A DNA stretch of 62,574 nucleotides, filler included, from Rhabdomonas costata (Eukaryota): the NCBI GenBank assembly GCA_019059605.1. It is 30 parts of 30 records of this genome, joined end to end, with 100 filler letters (N's around TTAATTAATTAA, not from the genome) between each part and the next. Parts side by side here need not be neighbours in the genome. Positions count along the whole stretch, not along the records: positions 35,520 to 37,508 come from JAHMHO010006676.1; positions 37,609 to 39,597 come from JAHMHO010006677.1; positions 39,698 to 41,686 come from JAHMHO010006678.1; positions 41,787 to 43,774 come from JAHMHO010006679.1; positions 43,875 to 45,863 come from JAHMHO010006680.1; positions 45,964 to 47,950 come from JAHMHO010006681.1; positions 48,051 to 50,038 come from JAHMHO010006682.1; positions 50,139 to 52,134 come from JAHMHO010006683.1; 22 more parts are not named here. The stretch is one strand, 5' to 3'. A program made the position numbers and the translations under genes. Below, in pieces: positions 37,502-50,183 of this stretch (positions are counted from its first letter, which is position 1; each line of letters opens with the position of its first letter). A model generated the notes under the pieces. The model saw only the letters and a list, made by a program, of their open reading frames with translations, was not told the DNA's origin and did not search any database.

Positions 37502-40500
37502 AAAACAANNNNNNNNNNNNNNNNNNNNNNNNNNNNNNNNNNNNNNNNNNNNTTAATTAATTAANNNNNNNNNNNNNNNNNNNNNNNNNNNNNNNNNNNN
37601 NNNNNNNNTGAGGGGAGGGACGCCACACGTTGGTCTTCGGTTCGGCTTTGTTTTTCTGAGGATAAGGTTACCCGGCACCTTGGAATCGCAAGCACTAATA
37701 TAATAGATTGCTTGCTGAAGGAGCTGCGAACGGTGCTGTAGCCATGGGCCAGCAGTGAAGCCGGGACATTGAGTTGCTTGAGCTCCCGACTTGAGGAGGT
37801 GCTGAGTAGGACACTATGAGGAGTAAGGGTGGGAAGGGGTGACGAGTGTCTGCACAGTTCTTTGCGTGGAGAGGGGACAATCCAACTGTTCCTGACGAAT
37901 GTTACTGCTGTTTTCATGCAATGGTTTTTCTCACTGACGATGTCCCCTTTTGCTCTCTTGGTTTCACTAGAGCGCGCGTTTGTGAGGAAATTCGAGAGTA
38001 ACCACCATTTAAAAAATAAAGCAGGTAACACCGTAAAGTAAGAACTTATGAAAGTAACAACATAATATCCAACGCCGAAAAAGGCCGCCGTTTGAAAGTC
38101 ACCGTGTACTCGTAATTCGTGGCGCACTATTCTCTTATTTTGGGTGTTACTTGCTTTACAATTGTGGAATACAGCCACTAATCTTCTCAGTCATTACACC
38201 GTGTCCTTGTTTCCGCGGCGCAGAGCATGCCCTTTGCCTCCGTTGCTGTGCAATGAAGTTGAACTGGATGGCACCGGGTATACGAGTCGTTTGAATAGAT
38301 TGCCCCGCGTCTCCGCCCACACGCATCACATTTAAACGGAACATGATGCACCGCGCAGGCGAACAGCCACACACACACAGTGCATATGCGTATAGAGCAA
38401 GGAGAGTGCACAAACCGGCACGGGCTTTGGCCTCGCTAAGGTTCACGGCGGGGTGCCCGGAGGACCACCCACACTCCAGAACGCACAGACTTGCTGCGGC
38501 GCGAAGAGCATCGCCACAGTCACAGGGACGAGGGCCCCTTCTGAATGCAAAACGCGAAGCTCCTCTTGGAACTTCCGAGAAATTCTTAGCATTACACGAC
38601 TCGGGATGAACAAACGGAGAGGTTCCGTAGTGGACGGCCCAAAGTTGCCAACTGCAATAATTGAAAATAGGGCTCGTTTACCTCAATTTCGAATTCCAAA
38701 TTCAACATTCAACAACACCCCTGACAACTCCACATGGTACAAACAGTCCCCTCAGGTTGAAAATGGGTTCCTTGTTTAACGTTCAACGACACCCCGGACA
38801 ACTTCACCAAGTGATGCGAACTGAGAATACAGGGAAATAAAAAAACAGAAAACCACAACGAACAATGCCACAGTGGAGGAGTCGGCCTCGGTCACCGGCA
38901 ACGCCAGCAGCACGCACAAGACCGCGGAACACAGCCATGTCCAGAAACCCCTCATGTTCGTCACCTAATTTACTTGGTATATATCCACCTAATGCAACGT
39001 GCCCCACCACAGCGGAGGGATTCGCGTCAAAAACGGAGCGGGGTAGGGGGTAGGAAAGGGGCAATCCCCGATGAACGACTTCAGGAAGAAAAAGAGGAAG
39101 GGAGCATGATAATAAATGGTTCACCGAGATCAAAGATCTCATCATCAAACTGTCATCAGACGCACAACGATAAAAGCGATGAACGTCCTAATGCAAGCCT
39201 GGCGTGGAAACCAGCTGCCGGCTTTTTGGCGATGGCAGCGGTAGAGTGTCGGCAGGTGTTGTAAACTGCAAAATCCTTAAGAACATGTCCTCAGAGTCCG
39301 GCCTGTACACCACCAGGTATACACTCGGATGACCAAACTTCCATCAGCAAAATAAATCTCTTGTGAACCTCTTGGTGTCCAAAAAAAATATAAATGGCAC
39401 ACCTTCGGAATCCCGGCCCAAGAAAGTTCAATGAAAAACCGGAAAAACCGGTTTCTCTGAAAGCAAACACTTTTAATGCACATTAGGAGTGAAAAAAATG
39501 GGTCAGGTCTAGGGAGGTTTCTAGAAGAGAAGGTTTCCTGGCAAAGTTGCTGGGGGCCCCCCGAGACCCCCCCGCACGTGCATGGCGCCCTAACCCCNNN
39601 NNNNNNNNNNNNNNNNNNNNNNNNNNNNNNNNNNNNNNNNNTTAATTAATTAANNNNNNNNNNNNNNNNNNNNNNNNNNNNNNNNNNNNNNNNNNNNGTG
39701 TGGGGTGTAAGAAAGGTGCCTCCGGTGATTTCAGGTCCGCTGAATACGACGGGGCAACCGAGTTGTCCTTGCTGAGCAGGAACCTGGGGAAGAAGAAATG
39801 GAGTATGGAAAGGGTAAAGGAAGACGCTTTTGTCGTGACGTTAGACGTTTCACTGGAGTGGACAAAATCATTAAATTTCACCATCCCATCCTAATTTGTC
39901 AAAGAAAACCTCCACACGTGCAAGTGGAGTGGCCATGTCGCTTTCTATCGTTTTCACCACACAAACGTCAAATACACAGACTTCAGAACTTCAGATGAGC
40001 GTGCACATTTTAAGCTTCACACACACAAAGGAGGGAAAACGTTACCTGGTTTCTTGTGTGGGAACAAAAATGAAAGTTTCCCATCTTTACAAGAAAGAAA
40101 AAATGCAGCACAAATCTTCACCTTCAGCAAAATAGCACAATGAGACGTGGTGATATTTTCTTTGGTCCGTCGTCTGCACATCCAACCAATATCTCAGCAT
40201 CACCAACAAATTGATATGACATAATGCATCCAACTTTCCTTTCACACTAATCTATCATCAGCATAACACACATATCGGATCCCATCTCATAACTCCCAGC
40301 AATCTCACAAAATGGACACTCAATTGCCACCCCTTTGACTTGCAGTCGTCACGCTGATAAGAGACATGTGATACTCTTTTGGTTCCTCCGTTTTTGCATT
40401 GAACCTCCGCCATCGTAGTACAATGATGCTTACATAGCAGCCAACAGGCGCCGCAAAACTGACAGAAATTCCACACCCGGGATGCCACATCCGGGGTTCA

Positions 40501-41908
40501 CCTCATATTCTTTTAATGGACTCACGTGAGCCATACTTTCGGAGACGACAATTTCCCAGAAAAGGGAGATAAGATGTTCTGGTTAAAGATATCGTGATGA
40601 AAAGACTTCAATCCTCCATAAACAGCTGCTGACCTCGGACACAGCGCCAGTTATAATTAATTTATCACTTTAAACTCTGAAGGTTTCAACGTACTATAAG
40701 CCAAGAATAATAGAGCAGGCGATGCATTTGGGGGAACTCCCACACCTAACAAGTGCATTGGGGGAACCTCCCTCCCCGTTCACAGCATTCAAGGAACCCA
40801 GACATTGACACATTGAGGGTGAGTTGCGCCCCACTCCCTCCCACATGCATGTATGGGTACGTGCATCACTCTTAATTCCCAGAGACATTTTCCGCCGTGT
40901 CCTAGAGGACATGCACAGCTCCCAAATCGGGTACGTAAAATGCACTGTAAACGGGGGGAGGGTCCTCAAAGTGCACCAAGATCAAAGAGCTCTTTGACGT
41001 TTGGAAACCGGCAATTCAGGAATCACGCCATGAAGGCTTGCAGTACAGCCCAGAAACCACCCCCCCACCACCACCAATACAAGACGCGAAAAGCAAGCAA
41101 ACCACACTCTGCATTGTAGGTTCCCAGCAAAGAGGGTAAAGAGGAGGGAGAGAGGAAGAGGGATTAGAGCCAAGGAAAGGCAGGAATGAGCGTCAAGGCT
41201 CCCACAAAACCACTGCACTGGCATATGTTGTGCATGAAGGATATGACTAGAAAGGAGACCGACGACAGTTTTCTTCTTCGTACAAACTCTTGAGCAACTC
41301 TTGAGCACAAGGGGTGCTACCGATAGAGAAATCGTGGTTTTCATGGAGGATGCTCCTGGCAAAAAAGATACCCTCACAAGGTTCTTTCCATGCATACCGT
41401 CCGGCTATTAAATCAGGACGTGAGAAAGCAAGGAATGAAAGCAGGAGTACATTCCACTGACCGGGCACTAGCCCAGTCAGTGCAATCACGGAAGTATAAT
41501 TGAAGGAAGCCAAAAAGACCCACCTCCAGTAACCCTGCGCTGCATCTCCAAAGCAGGAGCTGACGCACGTCAAACCAAAGTGGCAAAAGAAAGGGAGCCA
41601 TCTCACATCAAAGTCGGCTCCATTCCAAAACAAAAGAAGAGCGCACACTCTCTCTCAACTTCAACAAGGACATCGAAAAACACACANNNNNNNNNNNNNN
41701 NNNNNNNNNNNNNNNNNNNNNNNNNNNNNNTTAATTAATTAANNNNNNNNNNNNNNNNNNNNNNNNNNNNNNNNNNNNNNNNNNNNGGTTTGTGTTGCCG
41801 GCCAAACAGGGCGGCGGCTGATTGACTGTGGCTGGGTCTTTCCTCCTTTTCCCATTTTTTATGGTGTGGTGTGCAAATGCCACGTGTGGGTGTGGGATGG
41901 GGTTTCAG

Positions 41909-42924
41909 GAGTATGCCGGTGAGGATGTCACGTACTTCACCGGGGTGCGCAACTACTGGGGCCAGTTCACTGCCGCGGACGAAGCCCTCGTGGCTGCCCG
42001 GCTTAAGCCTCGAAAGGGGCACGTCCCAAAACGTACGAGTTGGGGTTTTCTCCGTGCAACTTGCCCAAAATCCAATAATCCAGTGATGCACCTGTAGCCT
42101 CAGTCAGCGGTACTGCGACTGTTTTTGAATTACAGGAACAGTTCCAGTGTTGAACCGGTACAACGTGAGCCAGTTGAGCTCAGCACTGATTGGGGCCTCA
42201 CCAGCCAAGCGGCATGAAGCTTATGTCGCAGTCGTCCCTGCGGAAACGCTGGCCTGGTTCTGTAATTGCAGTCGTGCGCACTTAACGCATCTACTACCCA
42301 GCGACAGGTTTCTAGGGCGTCATTGTTGTCGTTGTTGTGGGTGGTCTCCATGTCGTAAATCGTGTTCCTCGTTCACAGCCTTTTTTGCATGTCTCCCTTT
42401 GTCTTCGGGCGCACATTAATCAGCGCTCTTTCCTACTTGACGTTTTCTCCCATTGTATCTCTACCCGTGCCGTGTGGAGTTCACTCATCTGCGGACTTTT
42501 TTATGGTTAAGCTTCCTGAGCGATCTTTGCTGGTTGCTTCTCTGACCCAGTCAATTGTTGGTGGAAGCCTTGTTCAGCCACTACCTTTTCTCTTTGTGTC
42601 TGTGATCTGGATGTTGCGTGTGGTTTGTGGCTCTCTTTCCCCTTAGGCTGGTATATGAATTGGATCACCGCCTCCGGCGCGGAGGCCTCTCCGAAGTCCC
42701 CGCCCTCACGGGCCCAGGTCGAGAAGAAGCTCTCGGCGGCGACGATCTTTGTGGAGGTCGTGATGACGGGCTTTGTGTTGCTGCTGCTGCTGATGGTGGG
42801 GCTGTACTGCCGTGGGCAGCCCCCGCGAGCCTACGCCATCCTGGAGAGCCAGGCCGACTCCGCCCCTCCACCTCCGCCACCCGGGGGCGGGGGCGGGGGT
42901 GGCAGCAAAGGGGACAAGGCGTGA
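41909..42924 (+). CDS. C-terminal part of a single-pass membrane protein; 2 exons
   Basis: Exons at about 41909-42031 and 42647-42924 encode a TM helix (IFVEVVMTGFVLLLLLMVGLYC) and a P/G-rich tail ending at TGA. Confidence 0.6.
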
Positions 42925-43903
42925 TCCCTCTGCCCTTTGGCGCCCAGAGGACTGACCTGACACTTGCTGCAAGAATCCTCTTACGGCAGAAGGAGGGATG
43001 CCCCCCCTCAAATAGAAAATGGCGCCGTAGGGACAATGCAATGCCGTGACACTGTGTTACCACTTCTGTATGTAGGAGAGGTTTTGATTTCGTTCCCTTT
43101 TTTTGCTCTGTAGTATGGCGTCGCACTCTGTACGAGGACTTCCACTGAACAATCCTACGATCATTTTTGCCGGAGTGATCTTGTGCGTTGGGCTTCAAGC
43201 TTAGCAGGCCACTGTGTATGTCATGCTTAGAATGGAAAATATCGAACAGGGCTTTAGAACATGCCTTTAGGTCCAATTAACGTCTAGCCAAAAAGAAAAT
43301 ACACAAGGAAAGGGTCGACGTTAACCCAACCCCCGCGGTTGCCTTGCTGCTCAGCGTTGGTGGCCGAATGAAGAGCGGTTTGCGGCCCGCGTCCGTGCGC
43401 CGTAGCGAGACAAAAATTCTTCGTGACCTACGTGGCCTGTCGGCCGTCGATCGTGGCGGCCTTGCCGAAACCTTGTCTTCCATCATTACGCGCCATCGTT
43501 TGCGCTTTTTATGTGTCTATAACCCTCCGTCGTCAAGTCCAAAGCTTCAGCTCCTCTAGCACTTCCGTTTCGGAGTGTCGCCCGCTTAGCGCAATCCCGG
43601 ACTTTTTCACCACGGTTCACTCCGTTTCAGTTTCAGCGCCCCCGCTTGATCCCTGATGTCTCGACCGTGCCTTACAACCCCGACATATTTACCTATACAC
43701 GCCTTTTGGTTTCTCAAAAAAAACACTTTTCCCGTCTCACATTATAAATCGCTCTTGACGTCCGGCCTTGTTTTNNNNNNNNNNNNNNNNNNNNNNNNNN
43801 NNNNNNNNNNNNNNNNNNTTAATTAATTAANNNNNNNNNNNNNNNNNNNNNNNNNNNNNNNNNNNNNNNNNNNNTGGTTTCTTTGCCCAAAGACTTGTTC
43901 TTA

Positions 43904-44545
43904 TCACTTGGCAATGTTGAGGGCGCTGAAGTCCCGTCTTTGGATGAAGAGTGGAAGTCTGGTCTCTGCAGAGTTGGTCGCAAAACGAGAGATGGCTTTC
44001 CGCGGCCTCGAGACGCAACAAAGTAATAAAAGAACAGGGAGGAGCCCGTTACTGTTTGACGTCTCTGGTCTGTTGGCAAGCCAGAAAGACTCTTGCCAGT
44101 CGGGCTATGACCCTGTGCACGCCACCGGCTCAGGGCCCCCTTTGAACGTTGGACCCTGCTGCCACCCGCTTATGCCCTTGCGGGTGCAACATGGACCCCT
44201 TTGGCGACCATGCCCCTGGGAGGCACAGTGAATGAGTTCCCCGCATTGTGCCACGACGTTGGGTTGAAGGTTGAGTTGGAAAAGGGTCGTCGCGCAGAGT
44301 TGGTGACGTGCTTGTCCACGGCCTTTTCGAGGTTCCGGCTACAGTCGACGTTGTCCTCCCACACGCTTAGCACCCATAATGTGACAGCTGGAAATGCCCT
44401 TTGCCGCAGAAACCTCCGGAGCGAGGGGAGCAGGGGCATGTTTCCTGGTGCAGCGGTTGGTTCGGCACTGGTCACAAAAGAAGGGCTGCACTGTGGCTTG
44501 CTGTGTCATTGTGTCATGGAACTTAAGCCAACCCGACGCAGTGGT
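43904..44545 (-). pseudogene. Decayed Fanzor/TnpB-like nuclease C-terminus (frameshifted, interrupted)
   Basis: Motifs in order across frameshifts: WLKFHDTMTQQATVQPFF, RKHAPAP/SLRRFLRQR, VLSVWE, DCSRNLEKAVD, LSFCDQLC and RDFSALNIAK. No RuvC-I motif is seen. Confidence 0.45.
44110..44286 (+). mobile_element. Decayed CRE-like (RLE-type) non-LTR retrotransposon fragment
   Basis: RHRLRAP...LCPCGCNMDPFGDHA...LCHDVGLKVELEKG is the zinc-finger region that precedes the restriction-like endonuclease in CRE/SLACS/CZAR-type elements. Confidence 0.65.
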
Positions 44546-45963
44546 TTTTTCAGTGGGCTAGTTGGGAAGTTCAAATTGTTGCTTTGTTGCGATGAAACCG
44601 TTGGGTTCCTATGGTCGTAGTCTGTGTGCTATCTGCACAGCAACGGCCCTCGATGCTGGTATGGCTGCATAGTGCCTATGCCAAACCCAACCATTTACAA
44701 TTTGTATTGAATTATTGGAGTTATATAAGGCGTTGTATTTCTGTTTGCTCCCAAGGCACGGTCGTTGGCCTGGAGGCAGCACAGCCCCTGCTGTGTTCCG
44801 CCACTACTTTTGGGAACCCTGTTTGTGCAGTCATCCCGTGCTTACCAAATGCAGCGTCTATTCGTTTTCTCTCTCTACGGTGGGGATGTGACCACCCAGG
44901 GAGCCAACAAAAGGCAAAACCAAGAGAAGAAATTTGAAAAAAAAGATCCTCTGAGAAACACACATCTTTGCAACAAAATAGCAAAAAACCCAAAACAGCA
45001 TGAGTGCACGAAACCGTTTCACTTCACCCGGCAGTCGGATATCAACACTTTCGTCATGTATTCTAGCAAGTTCCCTGGGGTTTTTGTTCAGCGAAAGTCC
45101 AAGGCAAGGTTTGAGTGTATTTTTTGGGTGATAGTTTCTTCACTTTACACGTTTCATGTTTCATGATACCCTTTCTCTCATCACTGAAAGCTCATAAGGA
45201 GCGCGTGAGCGGGAGAGAGCATCATAAAGTGAAAGGGAATGAATTCCTAGATGGAATCCGCTGCACTTGTTTGTACTTGTGGTTGCGCTTCCAGAGCCTT
45301 TCACTTTCCACCTTCCTACCCTCCAGCATACAAAGGCCTCAAACCAACCGCACAACCGCTTTGAGTTGGCGTGTTGCTTCTTCCGTAGGGTTTCTGACGA
45401 GGAGTTTAGCCGGGAGCAAAGACCTGCGGTTGGTGATTATTCATCTTCACCAATGATCTCCACCGAAATGGGCATGTATCTTTGAGTAGCCTGCTCATTT
45501 TCGGGAGAGTTCGGGAGGGAGGGAGAGCCCACGCCTGTCACCGCCCGTTTCTGCTGAAGGAGGCGGAAATCCCCCGTTCTCTTGCCCTAGTAAATCGATT
45601 TTGTAGTCAATGGACTTGGGCGAAATTGTGGCGTGAAATGCACCTCAATTCTTCATATTTTTCCCAGCCCTGCTTCAACCCTGTTGTAAGTCCTAAAGAT
45701 GGTGAAACGCCATCTTTGACTTAGGGACAGTCTCTTTGTTGGCGTTTGTGTATGTTTGTGCGACGAAAAGACAGGAAAAGACACACACACACACACACAC
45801 ACAAGGGATATCATGCAAGTTCCAACGGTGTCCGTTGTGCACCCGAGGGAGGAACACCACAAANNNNNNNNNNNNNNNNNNNNNNNNNNNNNNNNNNNNN
45901 NNNNNNNTTAATTAATTAANNNNNNNNNNNNNNNNNNNNNNNNNNNNNNNNNNNNNNNNNNNN

Positions 45964-47950
45964 GGTTGGTGTGTTGGTGTAGATGAGCCTGGTAAGTCCT
46001 GTGGCTCCGGCTCTCCAGACGTGGACTAGGACTCGGCTGCTGCACGTAGATTGCGACGCGTAGTGGGTTCGTGGATAGTTCGGAACTGGAAGGGGTAATC
46101 ACATTTACTTTGATCGCTCCAAACCGGTGTCCAAGAATTTTCTGCTGCTGGGTCAACGCTTGTTGCTGTAAGGTATGGCTAAATGTAGATATCAATTTCT
46201 GTATATTCGAGATGCTTGGATCTCCGCTAACTTGGTCAAGGTTGAATGTCTGCGTCCAGGCGTTTCGGGATGCTGATAACTGCATATACTGCCAGAGAGT
46301 CTCGGAACGTGTCATGAATTTGGCTCACAAGTCTTCTCTGCTTCCTTTGAACATGCTGTTTGAGTCTGCGGTTTCAGATCATGTATTCCGACTGTCTGCG
46401 TCAGTGTGTGTGGCTGAGTTGTGGCTGGAGCCTGGATCACAGCATTTGACTTAGCTCGACTCTGTTGATGGTTTCCGGCGCTCGAAAAGTGCAACGCCTT
46501 TTGTTATGTCGTATGGGTGGTGTCTTTTACACTGTTTATTTGCTAAAAACCGGACCGGTGGTTCTCCTGGGCACCGGGGGCAGATCTTTGGGTTGATCGC
46601 GAGCTGAATGGGGTTTCCATGCGTTGCCTGATTAGTGTGTCCGTGTGCTGGGGGTTGTGTAAGGTGTAGTGTGGATACCACGTCCGCTTCATCCGCGGGT
46701 TTTGGAACCACTTCTGGGCCAGGGGTGGGTTCTCTGGATGGAGTTGCACAGGACCGGCCTCCGGAGCCTGCCATGGGATCTCGTTGTCGGGGATGTGATT
46801 GAACACCTGTGGTGTGCAAATCCCAGATGCTCGAACGTTCATACAGCCGTCTGTTTGTAACATAAGTGGAATTCGGTGATGGTTATGGTTGTGCGCAAAA
46901 AATCCAAAAGACTGCGTTCCACCATGACCTTTGCCCCTGTGTGGTGTGTGTTGGGCCTAGAGGATCCGGCTTGCGTCCACAATGGGTTCCCCGTACTGAT
47001 CTGTGGTGGTTTTATTGATTTACACTTCATCAAAAACCTCGAAAGTTGGCAGTGTGTTAATATCGAAAACTTCCACTTTCTAATTAGTGACAGAATTAAC
47101 AAAGCCGTGTGGTTAGGCTACATTTTGCGATTGGAAGCCTGGAACGATGGGCACATGTGAAGATGTTTTTGTATGTTAACGAATAACTAAACTGCCTTCT
47201 TCCCACCATGTATTGGATGCTTCAGTGCTGCAACATCCAGCTGTAGTTTCAGGGGGCAGTTACTCGCGAAGTTTCCCCTCCGTCGGCAGTTGAAGCATTC
47301 GGCGTCATGAGATGACCAGCGTCTCGGTGGGGACCCAGTCAGTTTCCACTACCGGATGAGTCTTGGTCCTGACCATTGACTTGAGAGTCCCGCTGTCACC
47401 AGCTGCCACAGTCCCGGATGTAGTCGCAACCATACCCACTTCCTGTGTGGGGGGGTATAAAACCTTCTGGGAAAGCTGTCCGGTGTACCGGTGTAACTTT
47501 CTTTGGTACTGTTTTTCGTAAGCTGGTTGACTTCTTCGACTCGTACAACAAAAGAGTTCCGCAGAACTCAGGTCAGTAACGGAGTGCTGCTGTTCTCTGA
47601 CGTTTGCTGTTGTCATCGGTTTTGTTGCTCTTAGGTAAACTGCCAACTTTGACTTGTGATGAACTGGAATGCCTCACTGGATGAAACTTAGAGCTTTTGT
47701 AATATCAGTAAGTAACCTCGAGTTTGCTTGTTTGACGTAGCTCTTCCATGGAGGGCTCGGTACCAGATGTCCCAAGCCAACTCGAGCGCTTGATTCATTG
47801 TCTTTGGCTTGCCTTGTGCAACCAGAAAACCAAGATGCGCATCCAAACCTTTAATGAAGGCAATGAGGAGTGCATTTTTATCTACTGCTTTAAGATGTTT
47901 TCGGTAAAGGTTTGGATGCGCATCTTGGTTTTCTGGTTGCACAACACACA
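45964..47950 (-). mobile_element. Decayed retroelement Gag-like region
   Basis: Capsid-like LIAFIKGLD...KPKTMNQALELA lies at about 47880-47770. A degenerate zinc knuckle CFNCRRRGNFASNC (His to Asn) is at 47297-47256. Frames are broken and no introns are evident; the element boundaries are unknown. Confidence 0.7.
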
Positions 47951-48086
47951 NNNNNNNNNNNNNNNNNNNNNNNNNNNNNNNNNNNNNNNNNNNNTTAATT
48001 AATTAANNNNNNNNNNNNNNNNNNNNNNNNNNNNNNNNNNNNNNNNNNNNGTGGTGTTTTCCATCTCTATCGTTTTCCCGTCACAG

Positions 48087-49085
48087 CGGTTTCCGGCGTA
48101 CCGGGTGCGGGAGATCCTGCAGAAGGTGTTCTCTTTGGTGGGGTACGGCGACCCTCACGCGGCCTGTCCCCACAGTTATCTACTGGACCAGCAGATGCGC
48201 GCGGTTGTGGCGGCTAAATTGAACACCGCCTTGCTCGGTGCGCGGATGTGCGTGCTGGTGTATGTGCATGTGTGAGCCTTGTTGTGGTTATCTTGTATAA
48301 CCGCTCCTGGTAAGTTTCCCTTGCCCTGGGGAAGCTGCCCTTGCGCCTTTTTCGATTATCTCCGTCTTTTTCACCCAAAGCACTGGTGCCTACTTCTATG
48401 CAGAAACCAGCATCATAGTTTATGATTGCATATTTCGGTGTTATGCGAGCAGCAAAAGACACCAACCCTCGGATTGGAACGGGTTTTAACAGAGAAATTG
48501 CAGTGCTTAACTTCATTGCCGGGTGTTGGTTGGGTGTTTCCGGGTCATCGCCGGGTGTTTCCTACCTCGAGCATTGCTGTCAATCACCCCCTCGCCTTCG
48601 TCAGCTTGCCCCCCCAACCCGCATTTTCAGACTTCCTTGGAAGTTCCACCAGGCCCGCTCTGGAGCGAATCGCACAGCAGGTGCGAGTGGTTTCTTTCTT
48701 ACTCTCCACATGCATTCAGTTCCGCGTACAAGACAGGGACAATTTTGAAGATCTTTTCGATCTGCTCAATTAACTTTTCTGGCGATGCGCACCGGTGACA
48801 CCATGTTCCTTTATGCACACCTAATCGTTCAGAGGAAGTTTATCCCTCATGTACCGCACCTCCTCCCACAAAATGGCCTTTCATCGCATCCAGGCCCGGG
48901 TGATAGTGGACCAGCTGGAGAGCCACAGCATTGTTGGGCTCCTGATGAAGGACACTTTGCCGCTGGGCTACGCCGAGCAAGGACAAGGCGGCGGCAGCAG
49001 TAGCAACAGTGGTGGCAGTGGGAACCGTGCAGGGGACCCAGAGTGGTCCATCGCGCATTTCTACGACGGTGGCCCTGAAAGCTGA
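48087..49085 (+). CDS. CRA-domain protein (RanBP9/10-like GID/CTLH complex subunit), C-terminal part; 3 exons
   Basis: Exons are 48087-48237 (LQKVFSLVGYGDP...LLDQQMRAVVAAKLNTALL), 48631-48680 (RPALERIAQQ) and 48894-49085 (TGA). Confidence 0.82.
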
Positions 49086-50183
49086 GTGTGCCGGAGGGAG
49101 CGTCATCGGATATGCTCCATCCCTTCACATATGCATTGCTCTTGTTATTGGGATGGTTTGTCGGAAGGTCCCACCCTCCCTTCGTCCGGCAAACCGGAGA
49201 CCTTCCCTGTGCTCACTATGTGTCTTGAAAAGTTGGAAGGGGAGGGCTCTACTACAGGTTATCTCCTCTTCCTTCCAGAAGAGCCCCTGTGTTGTGCCAC
49301 ACAGCGCTTGTCCAGTGTTGCTGGGCGCTCGTGCTCCCTTTGCTGGCTTTTGCTCCCTGCCGTTCTGTGTATGTCAGAATAATGTAAAAGGGAAGGAGGA
49401 TGGACGGAATGGCAGGTTGGTCTGTGAACCGCGAAACCTCCTCTGCCCCTTAGGCTGGAGCTGTTCGGCCGTTACCTTACCTCCTCCACTTCGTTTCTCT
49501 GCGCAATGTGCTTTTCTGGTGCTCTTTTCGTTCCCTTTTTTCTCTTGTCGTTCCAATGCGGTGCATCATGTTACCACTGGCACCCTCCTCGAGCCCATAC
49601 ACCAGCAAATGGGGTACCCCCCCCCTCCGCTACTTGGAACCGTTGGCGGTGGTTCTGTAACTTTAGTTCTTCTCTTCCGAACCAAGCAAAGATGCGCAAA
49701 GGTCTGACAGTCCTCTGCACCACCTTTGCAATGTGCGGCTCTGATCGGTCTGCCATATTTCTTTTTCACCTTCGTTGGTTTGACTGGTTTTCTGGTCTCC
49801 GGTGGTGAATTCGGAAACTGGGTGCCATCCCCACGTTCTGGTACACCACGATGCAGATGCAGATCTATGTGCTTACAAATACTGAGGGGTTGTGAGATAC
49901 TCTCGATGCATGCATTGAATGGGGGGGGGGCTCGTTATCAAACCTTCGAACTTCCTCTCGTATACCTCCCGACCTCCCGCAACATTGAGTCACTCTCCTT
50001 TCCAACCCACCGTGTCCAACCTTCTCAGCCCCCACCCCNNNNNNNNNNNNNNNNNNNNNNNNNNNNNNNNNNNNNNNNNNNNTTAATTAATTAANNNNNN
50101 NNNNNNNNNNNNNNNNNNNNNNNNNNNNNNNNNNNNNNAATGCCCCGCTCTCGGTGGGCGTTTTCCGTTCCTCCCACTCACAG

